Assembly: GCA_017557605.1 (NCBI GenBank)
Contig: JAFYYJ010000122.1
Span: 1,344-65,343 of the forward strand
Length of the DNA: 64,000 nt
Direction of reading: 5' to 3'
DNA from: Salinivirgaceae bacterium
Lineage (GTDB): Bacteria > Bacteroidota > Bacteroidia > Bacteroidales > SZUA-534
Both the position numbers and the translations under genes were made by a program. The notes under the pieces are model-generated. The model was not told where the DNA came from. It saw only the letters and a list, made by a program, of their open reading frames with translations, and ran no database searches. This document shows, piece after piece, positions 48,642-57,667 of this stretch (position 1 is the stretch's first letter; each line of letters starts with the position of its first letter).

Positions 48642-49865
48642 TTATTCAAATTCAGCTTTCAGAATACGAAGCACGTCGTTGATTGTACTCTCCTCAAGGT
48701 CAGTACGATGTGCAAGCTCATCGGCCGGAATTTCCAGAACGCTCTTGGCGGTATCGCAGCCAATGGCTTTGAGGGTGTCAAGTACCCAGCCGTCTATTTC
48801 GTCAGCAAATTCTTCAAGGTCAACATCCTCCTCATTATTCGATTCGCGATATACGTCAATCTCATAACCAGTAAGTTGGCTTGCAAGTTTGATGTTTGAG
48901 CCGCCCTTGCCTATGGCCAGCGACACTTGGTCGGGCTGCAGATAGACATCGGCCTTCTTGGTCTCGTCGTTAATCTTGATTTGTGACACCTTGGCAGGAC
49001 TGAGTGCACGCGCAATGTAGAGCGACACGTTGTTGGTGTAGTTAATTACGTCGATGTTCTCGTTGCGCAGCTCGCGGACGATGCCGTGGATGCGTGCGCC
49101 CTTCATACCAACGCAAGCTCCAACCGGGTCGATGCGCTCGTCGTACGACTCAACGGCCACTTTAGCGCGCTCGCCAGGGATACGTTTGATGTTTTTGATA
49201 GTGATAAGTCCGTCGAAGATTTCTGGAACTTCAAGCTCGAACAGACGCTCAAGGAAAATCGGGCTTGTGCGCGACAGGATGACAAGCGGAGTGGCGTTGC
49301 GCATCTCCACGCGAACAACAGCAGCGCGGACGGTATCGCCCTTGCGGAAATAGTCGTTCGGAATCTGCTCGGTTTTCGGCATAATCAGCTCGTTGCCTTC
49401 ATCATCGATAATCATTATCTCTTTCTTCCAAACTTGGTAAACCTCACCAGTCACAATCTCGCCTATGCGGTCTTTGTATTTTGCATAGAGCTGGTCTTTC
49501 TCAAGGTCGAGAATGCGCGAAGTCAGATTCTGGCGCAGAGTGAGAATGGCGCGGCGTCCGAAGTCAACCATTTTTACCTCGTCCGACACTTCCTCGCCCA
49601 CTTCGTAGTCCTCATCGATTTTCTTTGCCTCGGTGAGCGAAATTTCCTTATTCGGGTCTGTAAGTTTGTCGTCTTCAACCACTTCGCGGTTGCGCCATAT
49701 TTCAAAGTCACCTTTGTCGATATTGATGATTATGTCAAAATTCTCATCGGTGCCGTATTGTTTCACCAATGTGCTACGGAATACGTCTTCCAAAACCCTC
49801 ATCATTGTGGGGCGGTCGATGTTTTTCAGTTCCTTAAATTCTGAAAATGTGTCGGTAAGGTTCAT
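48642..49865 (-). CDS. nusA: transcription termination factor NusA
   Basis: S1 and KH domains; EVPEI.DG, R.PGERAKVAV, DPVGACVG..G.RI, AIGKGG.N. Confidence 0.98.
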   Translation of the reverse strand: MNLTDTFSEFKELKNIDRPTMMRVLEDVFRSTLVKQYGTDENFDIIINIDKGDFEIWRNREVVEDDKLTDPNKEISLTEAKKIDEDYEVGEEVSDEVKMVDFGRRAILTLRQNLTSRILDLEKDQLYAKYKDRIGEIVTGEVYQVWKKEIMIIDDEGNELIMPKTEQIPNDYFRKGDTVRAAVVRVEMRNATPLVILSRTSPIFLERLFELEVPEIFDGLITIKNIKRIPGERAKVAVESYDERIDPVGACVGMKGARIHGIVRELRNENIDVINYTNNVSLYIARALSPAKVSQIKINDETKKADVYLQPDQVSLAIGKGGSNIKLASQLTGYEIDVYRESNNEEDVDLEEFADEIDGWVLDTLKAIGCDTAKSVLEIPADELAHRTDLEESTINDVLRILKAEFE

Positions 49866-49877
49866 TTTTTCTGATTT

Positions 49878-50342
49878 TTAAAATATTATTGTTTCTTTCA
49901 CTGTTTTTATCTCACTGAATTTGAAAGGTTCGGTTTTCACCACCTTGACTGGTCTTTTAGCGCCTTCGGGTTTCTCTTTTGTCTCATATTCGAGAAGGAT
50001 GCCCTCGTCGCCGGCATCGCGAAGTATACCGTTGATTTTAAGTCCGTTGCTGAACAGAACTTCAACTGTACCGTTAAGTATTTTCTTGTATTGCGGCAAC
50101 ACTTTCAGCGGCTGGCCAATTCCCGGACTCGACACCTCAAGTGCGAAATCCTCCTCGTCGCGGTTCAGCTGCGACTCGATGTACTGGCTAATAAGCACGC
50201 AAGCGTCAACCGATATTCCCTCGGACGAATCGAGTATAACGGTGATGTTGTTCTGAGTATCAACCTTCACCTCAACCAGAAACAAGTCGGTTTCGGCTAT
50301 GCGGTCGGTTACAATTTTCTCAATTATTTTCTTATCTATCAT
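49878..50342 (-). CDS. rimP: ribosome maturation factor RimP
   Basis: DC..IS, LEVSSPG...PL; first gene of rimP-nusA-infB. Confidence 0.93.
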   Translation of the reverse strand: MIDKKIIEKIVTDRIAETDLFLVEVKVDTQNNITVILDSSEGISVDACVLISQYIESQLNRDEEDFALEVSSPGIGQPLKVLPQYKKILNGTVEVLFSNGLKINGILRDAGDEGILLEYETKEKPEGAKRPVKVVKTEPFKFSEIKTVKETIIF

Positions 50343-50357
50343 AGTATTGCAATAAAA

Positions 50358-50378
50358 CAGGGGACTTTTAATCCCCTG
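50358..50378 (-). promoter_or_regulatory. rimP leader hairpin
   Basis: CAGGGGA-ttaaaag-TCCCCTG just upstream of rimP; TACATTTG promoter at 50405-50412 (minus). Confidence 0.6.
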
Positions 50379-50521
50379 AAATTGTCTACCTCACAAAAAC
50401 GTTACAAATGTATTAATTAATTTTTCTTCTGCAAATCAAATAATTGCAACTCAGTCCGTCAGCCATTCAAAGTGGCATTGTTTTTGTAACATTTTTGCAC
50501 CGAAAAAAACAATATCATAAA

Positions 50522-51316
50522 ATGCAACTTATTGACGCACACGCACATATATTTCCAGACGCTTTGGCGGCAAAAGCATCGGTATCGGTTGGCAACTGGT
50601 ACAACATTATGCCGCACACCGATGCCACAAGCAACAACCTGATAGAACACGAAAAAGCCGTCGGCGCATGTAAATGTCTTGTCTGCTCACCCGCACTCAA
50701 ACCGCACAACGTACCTACAATCAACACCTATATAAGTAACGAGTGCAAATTGCACCAGGAGTTTGTGGGTTTTGGCACCATGCATCGCGACTTTGAGGAT
50801 TACGAGGAGGAACTTGACCGCGTTGTGAGCCTCGGGCTTAAAGGCATCAAATTTCATCACGACATGCAAGGTTTCTACATCGACGACCCGAAAATGATGC
50901 CAATCTACCGCGCCATTGCCGACCGCAGCCTGGCTCTGCTGCTGCATATGGGTGACAGCCGTCTCGATTTCTCGTCGCCTAGCCGCCTTGCTGTTATTGC
51001 GCGACAATTTCCCAACCTGACAATCATAGGCGCGCACTTTGGCGGCTACCGTCGTTGGGACGAGGTGATGTCAATCCCCGTCTTCGACAATGTCTATTTC
51101 GACACGTCAAGCTCATTGGCCTTTTTGGAACCCGAAAAAGCCCGGGAGCTTATTGAAAAATTCGGTGTCAGCCATTTCTTTTGGGGCAGCGATTTTCCTA
51201 TGTGGTCGCCACGCGAGGAATGGCAACGCTTCCTATCACTCGGTTTCGATGACGAGACCAATCAAAAAATTGGTTATGAGAATTTTGCAAGAGTGGTGTT
51301 AGGTGTCAGAAAGTAA
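50522..51316 (+). CDS. amidohydrolase_2 family metal-dependent hydrolase
   Basis: IDAHAH, GIKFH, LHMG, AHFGG, FDTSS, WGSDFP. Confidence 0.88.
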   Translation: MQLIDAHAHIFPDALAAKASVSVGNWYNIMPHTDATSNNLIEHEKAVGACKCLVCSPALKPHNVPTINTYISNECKLHQEFVGFGTMHRDFEDYEEELDRVVSLGLKGIKFHHDMQGFYIDDPKMMPIYRAIADRSLALLLHMGDSRLDFSSPSRLAVIARQFPNLTIIGAHFGGYRRWDEVMSIPVFDNVYFDTSSSLAFLEPEKARELIEKFGVSHFFWGSDFPMWSPREEWQRFLSLGFDDETNQKIGYENFARVVLGVRK

Positions 51317-51390
51317 TGTGAAATGGCAGACCTTCTATCATTCAATTATTCAATTATCTTTGTGAAGCGTTAAACCAAAACTGAATTGAA

Positions 51391-51636
51391 ATGAATAAAG
51401 GTATTTTCATCACGTTAGTCATTCTAGACGTTATAGCCTTAATTGTCAGTGTTATATGCATTGCATCTTGCTATGTGGAGACCGGCCGCACCGACCCACT
51501 GCCTTGGTGTCTGCTGTTGTCGTGGGCAATTATCGGTATCATAAAAGACGGCTTGATTTATCGCGGAAACGAGTTGAGTTCAACAGGGCAAAATGGCGTA
51601 AACCAAATTAACGATACACTACGTCCGCAAGCGTGA
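51391..51636 (+). CDS. small two-TM hypothetical protein
   Basis: 81 aa, two hydrophobic segments, A-rich region before ATG. Confidence 0.55.
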   Translation: MNKGIFITLVILDVIALIVSVICIASCYVETGRTDPLPWCLLLSWAIIGIIKDGLIYRGNELSSTGQNGVNQINDTLRPQA

Positions 51637-51747
51637 TTCTAATAACTTGCCACCATCACGTTTGGAATTCAATCCCAAACAATGGATATGTTGTTAGATA
51701 TCATCTAAGATATTGATTATTAAAAAATGTTATAAAAACATAGGACT

Positions 51748-52356
51748 ATGTTTTCAGGAATTGTTGAAGAGTTTGCCGAAGTTGTCGGCATTGAGAAAGA
51801 CCAGGAAAATCTGCATTTCACGCTGAAATGCTCGTTTGTTAATGAGCTGAAAATCGACCAGAGCGTGGCGCACAACGGCGTCTGCCTGACGGTGGTGCGT
51901 ATCAAGGACGGAACCTACACCGTGACGGCAATGAAAGAGACGCTCGATTGCTCGAACCTGGGTCTGTTGAAGGTTGGCGACAAGGTGAACGTTGAGCGTT
52001 CAATGCTGATGAACGGCCGATTGGACGGCCACATTGTGCAAGGTCACGTGGATAAGACAGCTCGCTGCACAAAGGTTGAAGACGCCGAAGGAAGCCACGT
52101 TTTCACCTTCGAATACGATTTTGACAAGAAAATGGCATCGCGCGGTTATCTGACTGTGGATAAGGGTTCTGTGACAGTCAACGGTGTGAGCCTGACGGTC
52201 TGCCGCCCGACTCGCAACTCGTTCCAAGTCTGCATCATTCCTTACACTTTCGACAATACCAACTTCCACACTATAAAGGTTGGAACGGTTGTCAATCTGG
52301 AATTCGACATCATCGGAAAATACATTGCGCAAATCACAAAACTGTCGCAGGAATAG
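51748..52356 (+). CDS. ribE: riboflavin synthase (alpha chain)
   Basis: MFSGIVE, GVCLTV, VNVER, GHIVQGHVD, KGSV.VNGVSLT, IPYT, VNLEFD. Confidence 0.95.
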   Translation: MFSGIVEEFAEVVGIEKDQENLHFTLKCSFVNELKIDQSVAHNGVCLTVVRIKDGTYTVTAMKETLDCSNLGLLKVGDKVNVERSMLMNGRLDGHIVQGHVDKTARCTKVEDAEGSHVFTFEYDFDKKMASRGYLTVDKGSVTVNGVSLTVCRPTRNSFQVCIIPYTFDNTNFHTIKVGTVVNLEFDIIGKYIAQITKLSQE

Positions 52357-52438
52357 TAAAGATGTGGCGCGCCGCGGCTCTACCGCGTGCGCCATACGAA
52401 CACCCAACACCTGATACCTAACACCAAAAATTGATAAA

Positions 52439-54340
52439 ATGGACATTGTCAACTTGTCATTTACTGACAAACGTTTTGATACTCACCCTATTACAATAGG
52501 AAATCTGCAAATGGGCGGCACCAATCCCATTCGTGTGCAATCAATGGCCAACACGCCTACGCACGATGTGGAAGCGTCTATCCGTCAGGCAATTGAGATT
52601 TTCGATGCAGGCGCCGAACTTGTAAGGTTCACGGCGGTGGATGAGAAAGACGCCTATGCCCTGCGTGACATCAAAAACGGACTTGTGGCCAAAGGTTACA
52701 CAAAACCCATTGTGGCCGACGTGCATTTCAATGCCAAATTGGCCGACATTGCAGCACAATTTGTTGACAAAGTGCGCATTAACCCTGGAAACTATCTCGA
52801 GAAACGCGCCACCTTCGCCACACTCGAATTCACTGACGATGAGTACCGCGCTGAACTCGACAAACTTGACAGCCGTCTGCTGGAACTCATCAAAATTTGC
52901 CGTGAGCACCACACCGCACTGCGCATAGGCACCAACCACGGTTCACTTTCCGACCGCATAATGTCGCGCTACGGCGACACACCCGAAGGTATGGTTGAGG
53001 CAACAATGGAGTTTCTGCGCGTGTGCAAGAAATATGATTTTCAAGATGTTGCTGTTTCGCTCAAATCGAGCAACACGGTGGTTATGGTGCAGGCTTACCG
53101 CTTGCTTGTGAAGCAGATGAGCGCCGAGGCGATGAACTTTCCAATTCATTTGGGCGTCACGGAAGCTGGCACTGGCTCCGACGGCATCATCAAGTCGGCT
53201 GTGGGCATTGGCACTCTGCTGACCGACGGCATTGGCGACACCATTCGCGTATCGCTCACAGGAAGCCCCGCAGCCGAAATTGCCCCGGCAAAAATGCTTG
53301 CTGAACATTTTGCCAGCTGCAACAAGAACGTGAAAATCAACTACAACGAGCCTCTTGCACTCGACCCGTTCAAATTCAGCAAACGCGACACCAGTCTCAA
53401 TCCATCGTTCGATAACAAGAAACCTCTGGTAATCTGCGACTTGCCCGACCTTTCGATGGAGACACTCAAATCGCTCGGCATCAGTTTCGACTTGAACACA
53501 ATGACCATCAGCGGCAGCAACCAATCGCCTGACGTTCTGTATTTTGGCGCTCCCGAAATGGATTTGCCCGACTTCAAGACTAAAAACATCTCGCTTCTAA
53601 TCGATTACAAAGTCTGGATTAAGGACAGCAATTTTGAACCGCTATATGGTCTAAACACATATTTGTCAGCAAAATACAAATCGGACAAACGCAACTGGGT
53701 AATGGTGAGCCTGAACACTCTCACACCCGAAGCAATGGCCGTGCTGAAAGCCGACCCAACGGTGGTGCTCATTGCGTGCTCAATGTGCGTGAACCAGGCG
53801 GCAGAACAGCGTGCCATCTTCAACACACTGATTGCCAATGGTGTAAATCTGCCAGTAGTAGTCAGCAGCATCTACAAAGAGCCCGACGTTGCCAAATTCC
53901 AACTGACAGCCGCCGCCGACAATGGTTTGTTCTTTATCGACGGCTTGGCCAACGGATTGTGGTTGAGCAATTTCGCACCAACGCAAGTGAGCATTGTAAG
54001 CGAAACGGCCTTCACCATTCTGCAATCGGCGCGAGCACGCTACACCAAAACCGAATACATTGCTTGCCCGTCGTGCGGACGCACTTTGTACGACATCGAA
54101 AAGGGCCTGGCCGAAGTGAAAAAGGTTACACAGCACCTGACCGGACTGAAGATTGCCGTTATGGGCTGCATTGTGAACGGCCCCGGCGAAATGGCTGATG
54201 CTGACTACGGATATATGGGCGCGGGTCCCGGCAAGGTGAATCTTTACAAAGGCAAAACGCTTGTGAAACGCGGTGTGAATGAGGCTGTGGCTCCAGCAGA
54301 ACTGCTGAAGATTATTGAGGAGGACGGAAAAATTGCGTGA
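52439..54340 (+). CDS. ispG: 4-hydroxy-3-methylbut-2-en-1-yl diphosphate synthase, three-domain form
   Basis: IRVQSM, VADVHF, RINPGN, RIGTNHGSLS, HLGVTEAG, GIGDTIRVSL, CPSCGR, MGCIVNGPGE. Confidence 0.97.
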   Translation: MDIVNLSFTDKRFDTHPITIGNLQMGGTNPIRVQSMANTPTHDVEASIRQAIEIFDAGAELVRFTAVDEKDAYALRDIKNGLVAKGYTKPIVADVHFNAKLADIAAQFVDKVRINPGNYLEKRATFATLEFTDDEYRAELDKLDSRLLELIKICREHHTALRIGTNHGSLSDRIMSRYGDTPEGMVEATMEFLRVCKKYDFQDVAVSLKSSNTVVMVQAYRLLVKQMSAEAMNFPIHLGVTEAGTGSDGIIKSAVGIGTLLTDGIGDTIRVSLTGSPAAEIAPAKMLAEHFASCNKNVKINYNEPLALDPFKFSKRDTSLNPSFDNKKPLVICDLPDLSMETLKSLGISFDLNTMTISGSNQSPDVLYFGAPEMDLPDFKTKNISLLIDYKVWIKDSNFEPLYGLNTYLSAKYKSDKRNWVMVSLNTLTPEAMAVLKADPTVVLIACSMCVNQAAEQRAIFNTLIANGVNLPVVVSSIYKEPDVAKFQLTAAADNGLFFIDGLANGLWLSNFAPTQVSIVSETAFTILQSARARYTKTEYIACPSCGRTLYDIEKGLAEVKKVTQHLTGLKIAVMGCIVNGPGEMADADYGYMGAGPGKVNLYKGKTLVKRGVNEAVAPAELLKIIEEDGKIA

Positions 54341-54380
54341 AACTAAAAGCACTAACTCTCCGCATTAGTGTCCGCAATAA

Positions 54381-54944
54381 TCACTTATTGTTGAACTGAT
54401 TCATTATGCCGGGAACGCCTACAAACGGCAACTGCTGAACAGCCTGGCAGCAAAGATTGACGCGCTCATCGAGAGTTGCTATTTCCTCGTCGGTCCATTG
54501 GCCGAGCACATAATCGACTTGATGTCCGCGCGTAAATTCGTTGCCTATACCGAAACGCATACGCGCAAAATCGGATGTTGAAAGCGATTCGGCGATGTTT
54601 TTCAATCCGTTATGACCGCCGTCGCTACCGCGCTGACGGATGCGGATTTTGCCAAAAGGCAAGGCCAAATCGTCGCAAATGATAAGAAGATGGTCGAGCG
54701 CTATTTTCTCCTGCTGCATCCAATATGCAACGGCTTTTCCGCTCAAATTCATATAAGTTGTTGGCTTGATGAGAATAAAGGTGCGGCCGCGCGACTTCAT
54801 CTCGGCGCGGTAAGCGTGACGCACCTCGCTAAAAGAAATATTGGACGCCTTAGCCAAGGCATCCAATACTTTAAATCCTATGTTGTGGCGGGTATTGGCG
54901 TATTCAGCGCCTATGTTGCCCAAACCTACAATCAGATATTTCAC
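54381..54944 (-). CDS. pth: peptidyl-tRNA hydrolase
   Basis: VGLGN.G..Y..TRHNIGF, KP.TYMNLSG, GGHNGLK. Confidence 0.97.
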   Translation of the reverse strand: MKYLIVGLGNIGAEYANTRHNIGFKVLDALAKASNISFSEVRHAYRAEMKSRGRTFILIKPTTYMNLSGKAVAYWMQQEKIALDHLLIICDDLALPFGKIRIRQRGSDGGHNGLKNIAESLSTSDFARMRFGIGNEFTRGHQVDYVLGQWTDEEIATLDERVNLCCQAVQQLPFVGVPGIMNQFNNK

Positions 54945-54952
54945 TCCCTAAA

Positions 54953-55531
54953 TTATTTTTCTTCAGTTGCAGCGGCTGCCGATACTGCGGCACGAGTCAT
55001 CTTAACTGTTGCTACAACAACGTTCTTAGCCTCAAGAAGCTCAAGACCGTCGAAACTCAAATCCTGAATCTTGATAGCCTTGCCAAGTCCGAGGTTGGTG
55101 ACATCAATGTCAAGAATGTCAGGAAGTTTGGCAATCAAACCTTTAACGCGGATTTTGCGAAGTTTCAACACCAGTTTACCACCTTGGCGAACACCTTCGG
55201 CCAAACCATTCAGTTTCACAGGAATAGCGATTGAAACTGGTTTTTTGTCATTAACCTCAAGAAAATCAATGTGCTCGATAGCGTCAGACACGCAGTTGTA
55301 CTGAATGTCTTTCAAAATGGCCTTGCAAGCTTTTCCGTCAATTACAAGGTCAACAATGTAGATGTTCGGTGTGTAAATCAGACCACGGAAAGCCTCAACT
55401 GGGGCTGTGAAGTGTGTTACTGACTCTCCGCCGTACACTACGCAAGGAACTTGTCCGTTTTTGCGAAGTTCGCGTGTTGCCTTTTTGCCAAGCTCTGAAC
55501 GAACAGAACCTTTAATCTCAATAGTTTTCAT
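54953..55531 (-). CDS. rplY: 50S ribosomal protein bL25 (Ctc form)
   Basis: R...GK.A.R.LR..G.VP.VVYG, HIDF, GV..GG; TACCTTTG promoter at 55603-55610 (minus). Confidence 0.95.
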   Translation of the reverse strand: MKTIEIKGSVRSELGKKATRELRKNGQVPCVVYGGESVTHFTAPVEAFRGLIYTPNIYIVDLVIDGKACKAILKDIQYNCVSDAIEHIDFLEVNDKKPVSIAIPVKLNGLAEGVRQGGKLVLKLRKIRVKGLIAKLPDILDIDVTNLGLGKAIKIQDLSFDGLELLEAKNVVVATVKMTRAAVSAAAATEEK

Positions 55532-55664
55532 TCTAATAAATTTATGTGCTACTTGTGACTGAGTCACCCATTGCACGTTAGACAATAAAAATTTTTGCGG
55601 CGCAAAGGTAGAAATTTATTGATTGAAAGCAACAACCGCCAACTTTATTATTTTTGGCATCGAT

Positions 55665-56438
55665 ATGGATACACAAGAACTCAAAAAATTCCTTGACAGC
55701 CAGGCCGCGCGCTTCGACAATCCTGATTTCATCAGCGAAGACCCGATATCGGTTCCGCACCGTTTCAGCCAACCTGACGATATTGCCATTGCCGGATTCC
55801 TGGCGGCAACCATTGCGTGGGGGCAGCGCAAGAGCATTGTGAAGTCGGCACACAGGCTCATTAACTGGATGGACGGCTCGCCGCACGATTTCATTGTCAA
55901 CTGCACCGAAGCTGACTTGAAACCTTTCAACCAGTTTGTTTACCGCACTTTCAACGGCACCGACTGCGTGACTTTTCTGCGCTCGCTGCATAACATTTAT
56001 GTCAATCGCGGTGGATTGGAAAATGTTGTCACCGAAGGATTTAACTCAACGGGCTCGATACGCGGCGCATTGTCGCATTTATATAATGTCTTTTTCGAGA
56101 TTGAGCATTTGCACCGCACCGAAAAGCATTTGGCCAACCCCGACAAAGGTTCGGCGTCGAAGCGGATGAATATGTTTCTGCGCTGGATGGTGCGCCAGAG
56201 CGGCACCAGAGTTGATTTTGGCATTTGGCGCGGCATTCCGCAATCGGCATTGTGCATTCCGCTCGATGTGCACGTGGGCAATGTCTCGCGGCAGCTGGGA
56301 TTGCTCACACGCAAGCAAAACGACTGGCAAGCCGTGGAGGAGCTAACCGCCCGTCTGTGCCAATTCTGCCCCGACGACCCAGTGAAATACGATTTCGCGC
56401 TTTTCAGTTTGGGGGTGAATGGTGAAACAATTATTTGA
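55665..56438 (+). CDS. TIGR02757/DUF2400 family protein
   Basis: FI..DP...PH, AWG.R, SA.KR.NMFLRWMVR, PLDVHV, DPVKYDFALF. Confidence 0.88.
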   Translation: MDTQELKKFLDSQAARFDNPDFISEDPISVPHRFSQPDDIAIAGFLAATIAWGQRKSIVKSAHRLINWMDGSPHDFIVNCTEADLKPFNQFVYRTFNGTDCVTFLRSLHNIYVNRGGLENVVTEGFNSTGSIRGALSHLYNVFFEIEHLHRTEKHLANPDKGSASKRMNMFLRWMVRQSGTRVDFGIWRGIPQSALCIPLDVHVGNVSRQLGLLTRKQNDWQAVEELTARLCQFCPDDPVKYDFALFSLGVNGETII

Positions 56439-56511
56439 ACACAGATGGCCACATATTTACCTTATTGTCTTTTCAACTTATAACTATCAGACTTAAAACT
56501 TACAACCCTCT

Positions 56512-57225
56512 ATGAGCAACAACTACTTCTGTTTCAAACAATTTGCTATAGTGCAAGACCACGCGTCGATGAGAGTCGGAACCGACGGAGTGCTGATTGG
56601 TGCCTGGTGCAATTGCGCAGGAGCGCGGCGCATACTCGATGTCGGAACTGGAACAGGACTTGTTGCCATTATGGCGGCGCAACGTTCTGAAGCACAAGTG
56701 ACTGCCGTTGAAATTGACAGTTCGGCTTGCATTGATGCCGTGGGCAACTTTGGCAACAGTCCGTGGTCGGACCGTATTGAGCTTTTCAACTTACCTGTTC
56801 AGGAGTTTGCCGATGATTGCCAAGACCGTTTCGACCTGATTGTCAGCAACCCACCGTTTTTCAGCAACTCGTTGAAAGCCCCCAGTGCAAGCCGTGCGCT
56901 TGCCCGCCACGACGACACTCTGCCCGTGGCCGACCTTTTCAGTTGCGCCACCCGCCTGCTCACCGACAACGGACGCCTTTCAGTTATCATTCCTGCCGAC
57001 CGTCTTGCCGATTACGATGCCGAAGCCGCACGCCACCAACTGTCAGCCGTACGACGCGCAATGGTACGCCCCAATCCCAACCTGCCATTCCACCGCGCAA
57101 TGGTGGAATACAGCTACGGCGACGCACTTGTCACCGATGAAATTATCAGCATCGAAACTGACGAGCACGGCGTTTATAGTCCTGAATACATCGCACTTAC
57201 ACGCGATTTCTATTTAAAATTCTGA
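56512..57225 (+). CDS. yfiC: tRNA1(Val) A37 N6-methyltransferase (YfiC/TrmN6-like)
   Basis: F.FKQF.I.QD...M.VGTDGVL.GAW, LDVGTGTG, SNPPFF, ARH, LTRDFYL. Confidence 0.88.
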   Translation: MSNNYFCFKQFAIVQDHASMRVGTDGVLIGAWCNCAGARRILDVGTGTGLVAIMAAQRSEAQVTAVEIDSSACIDAVGNFGNSPWSDRIELFNLPVQEFADDCQDRFDLIVSNPPFFSNSLKAPSASRALARHDDTLPVADLFSCATRLLTDNGRLSVIIPADRLADYDAEAARHQLSAVRRAMVRPNPNLPFHRAMVEYSYGDALVTDEIISIETDEHGVYSPEYIALTRDFYLKF

Positions 57226-57301
57226 TTAATGGGCTTTAGACAGCCTACATACAAAATTAATGCATAACTTGGTATATTAATTAGTTGAACAATAATTAAT
57301 T

Positions 57302-57360
57302 ACACCAATATTTTCAGTCTCACTTTGCGACTTTTGTCAGTCTCACTTTTTAACACCAAT
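57302..57360. repeat. nested direct repeats near tRNA 3' end
   Basis: TCAGTCTCACTTT at 57314 and 57337, bracketed by ACACCAAT at 57302 and 57353. Confidence 0.7.
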
Positions 57361-57437
57361 TAAGGCATTTTTAAAGGTTTTTGCAGAAAAGAAAAATCCC
57401 CAACTCGTTGAAAGTCAGGGATTCGTTTTCTTTCCAG

Positions 57438-57525
57438 CGGAGAGGACGAGATTCGAACTCGTGGTACACTAATCGCGTACGGCAGTTTAGCAAACTGCTG
57501 GTTTCAGCCACTCACCCACCTCTCC
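57438..57525 (-). tRNA. tRNA-Ser(GCT)
   Basis: GGAGAGG...CCTCTCCG acceptor stem; GCAGT-ttGCTaa-ACTGC anticodon arm; long variable arm; GTTCGAATC; CCA not encoded; TACTTTTG promoter at 57563-57570. Confidence 0.96.
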
Positions 57526-57667
57526 AAGTGTTCTGTGCTGAACGTGCCTTAACAAGGCGGCACAAAAGTATGAATTAGATATTCATTCACAAACTAATTG
57601 TCGTTTTTTTTAGTTTGGATTGCGTAATTCGATGTTATAAAACGATTTACCCATTATTTCCTGATGC

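Noticed and set aside
51636-51747. FMN riboswitch upstream of ribE
   Set aside because: Too short and AT-rich, with no RFN conserved segments; only a small GTTTGG/CCAAAC hairpin
52439-54340. Unusually long IspG
   Set aside because: The three-domain form with an inserted domain is known in Bacteroidota, Chlamydiae and plants
57257-57284. Possible dif/Xer site (TTAATGCATAA-cttggt-ATATTAATTAG)
   Set aside because: Only the inner GCATAA/TTATG part matches; the second arm does not resemble a XerD box, and the tract is very AT-rich
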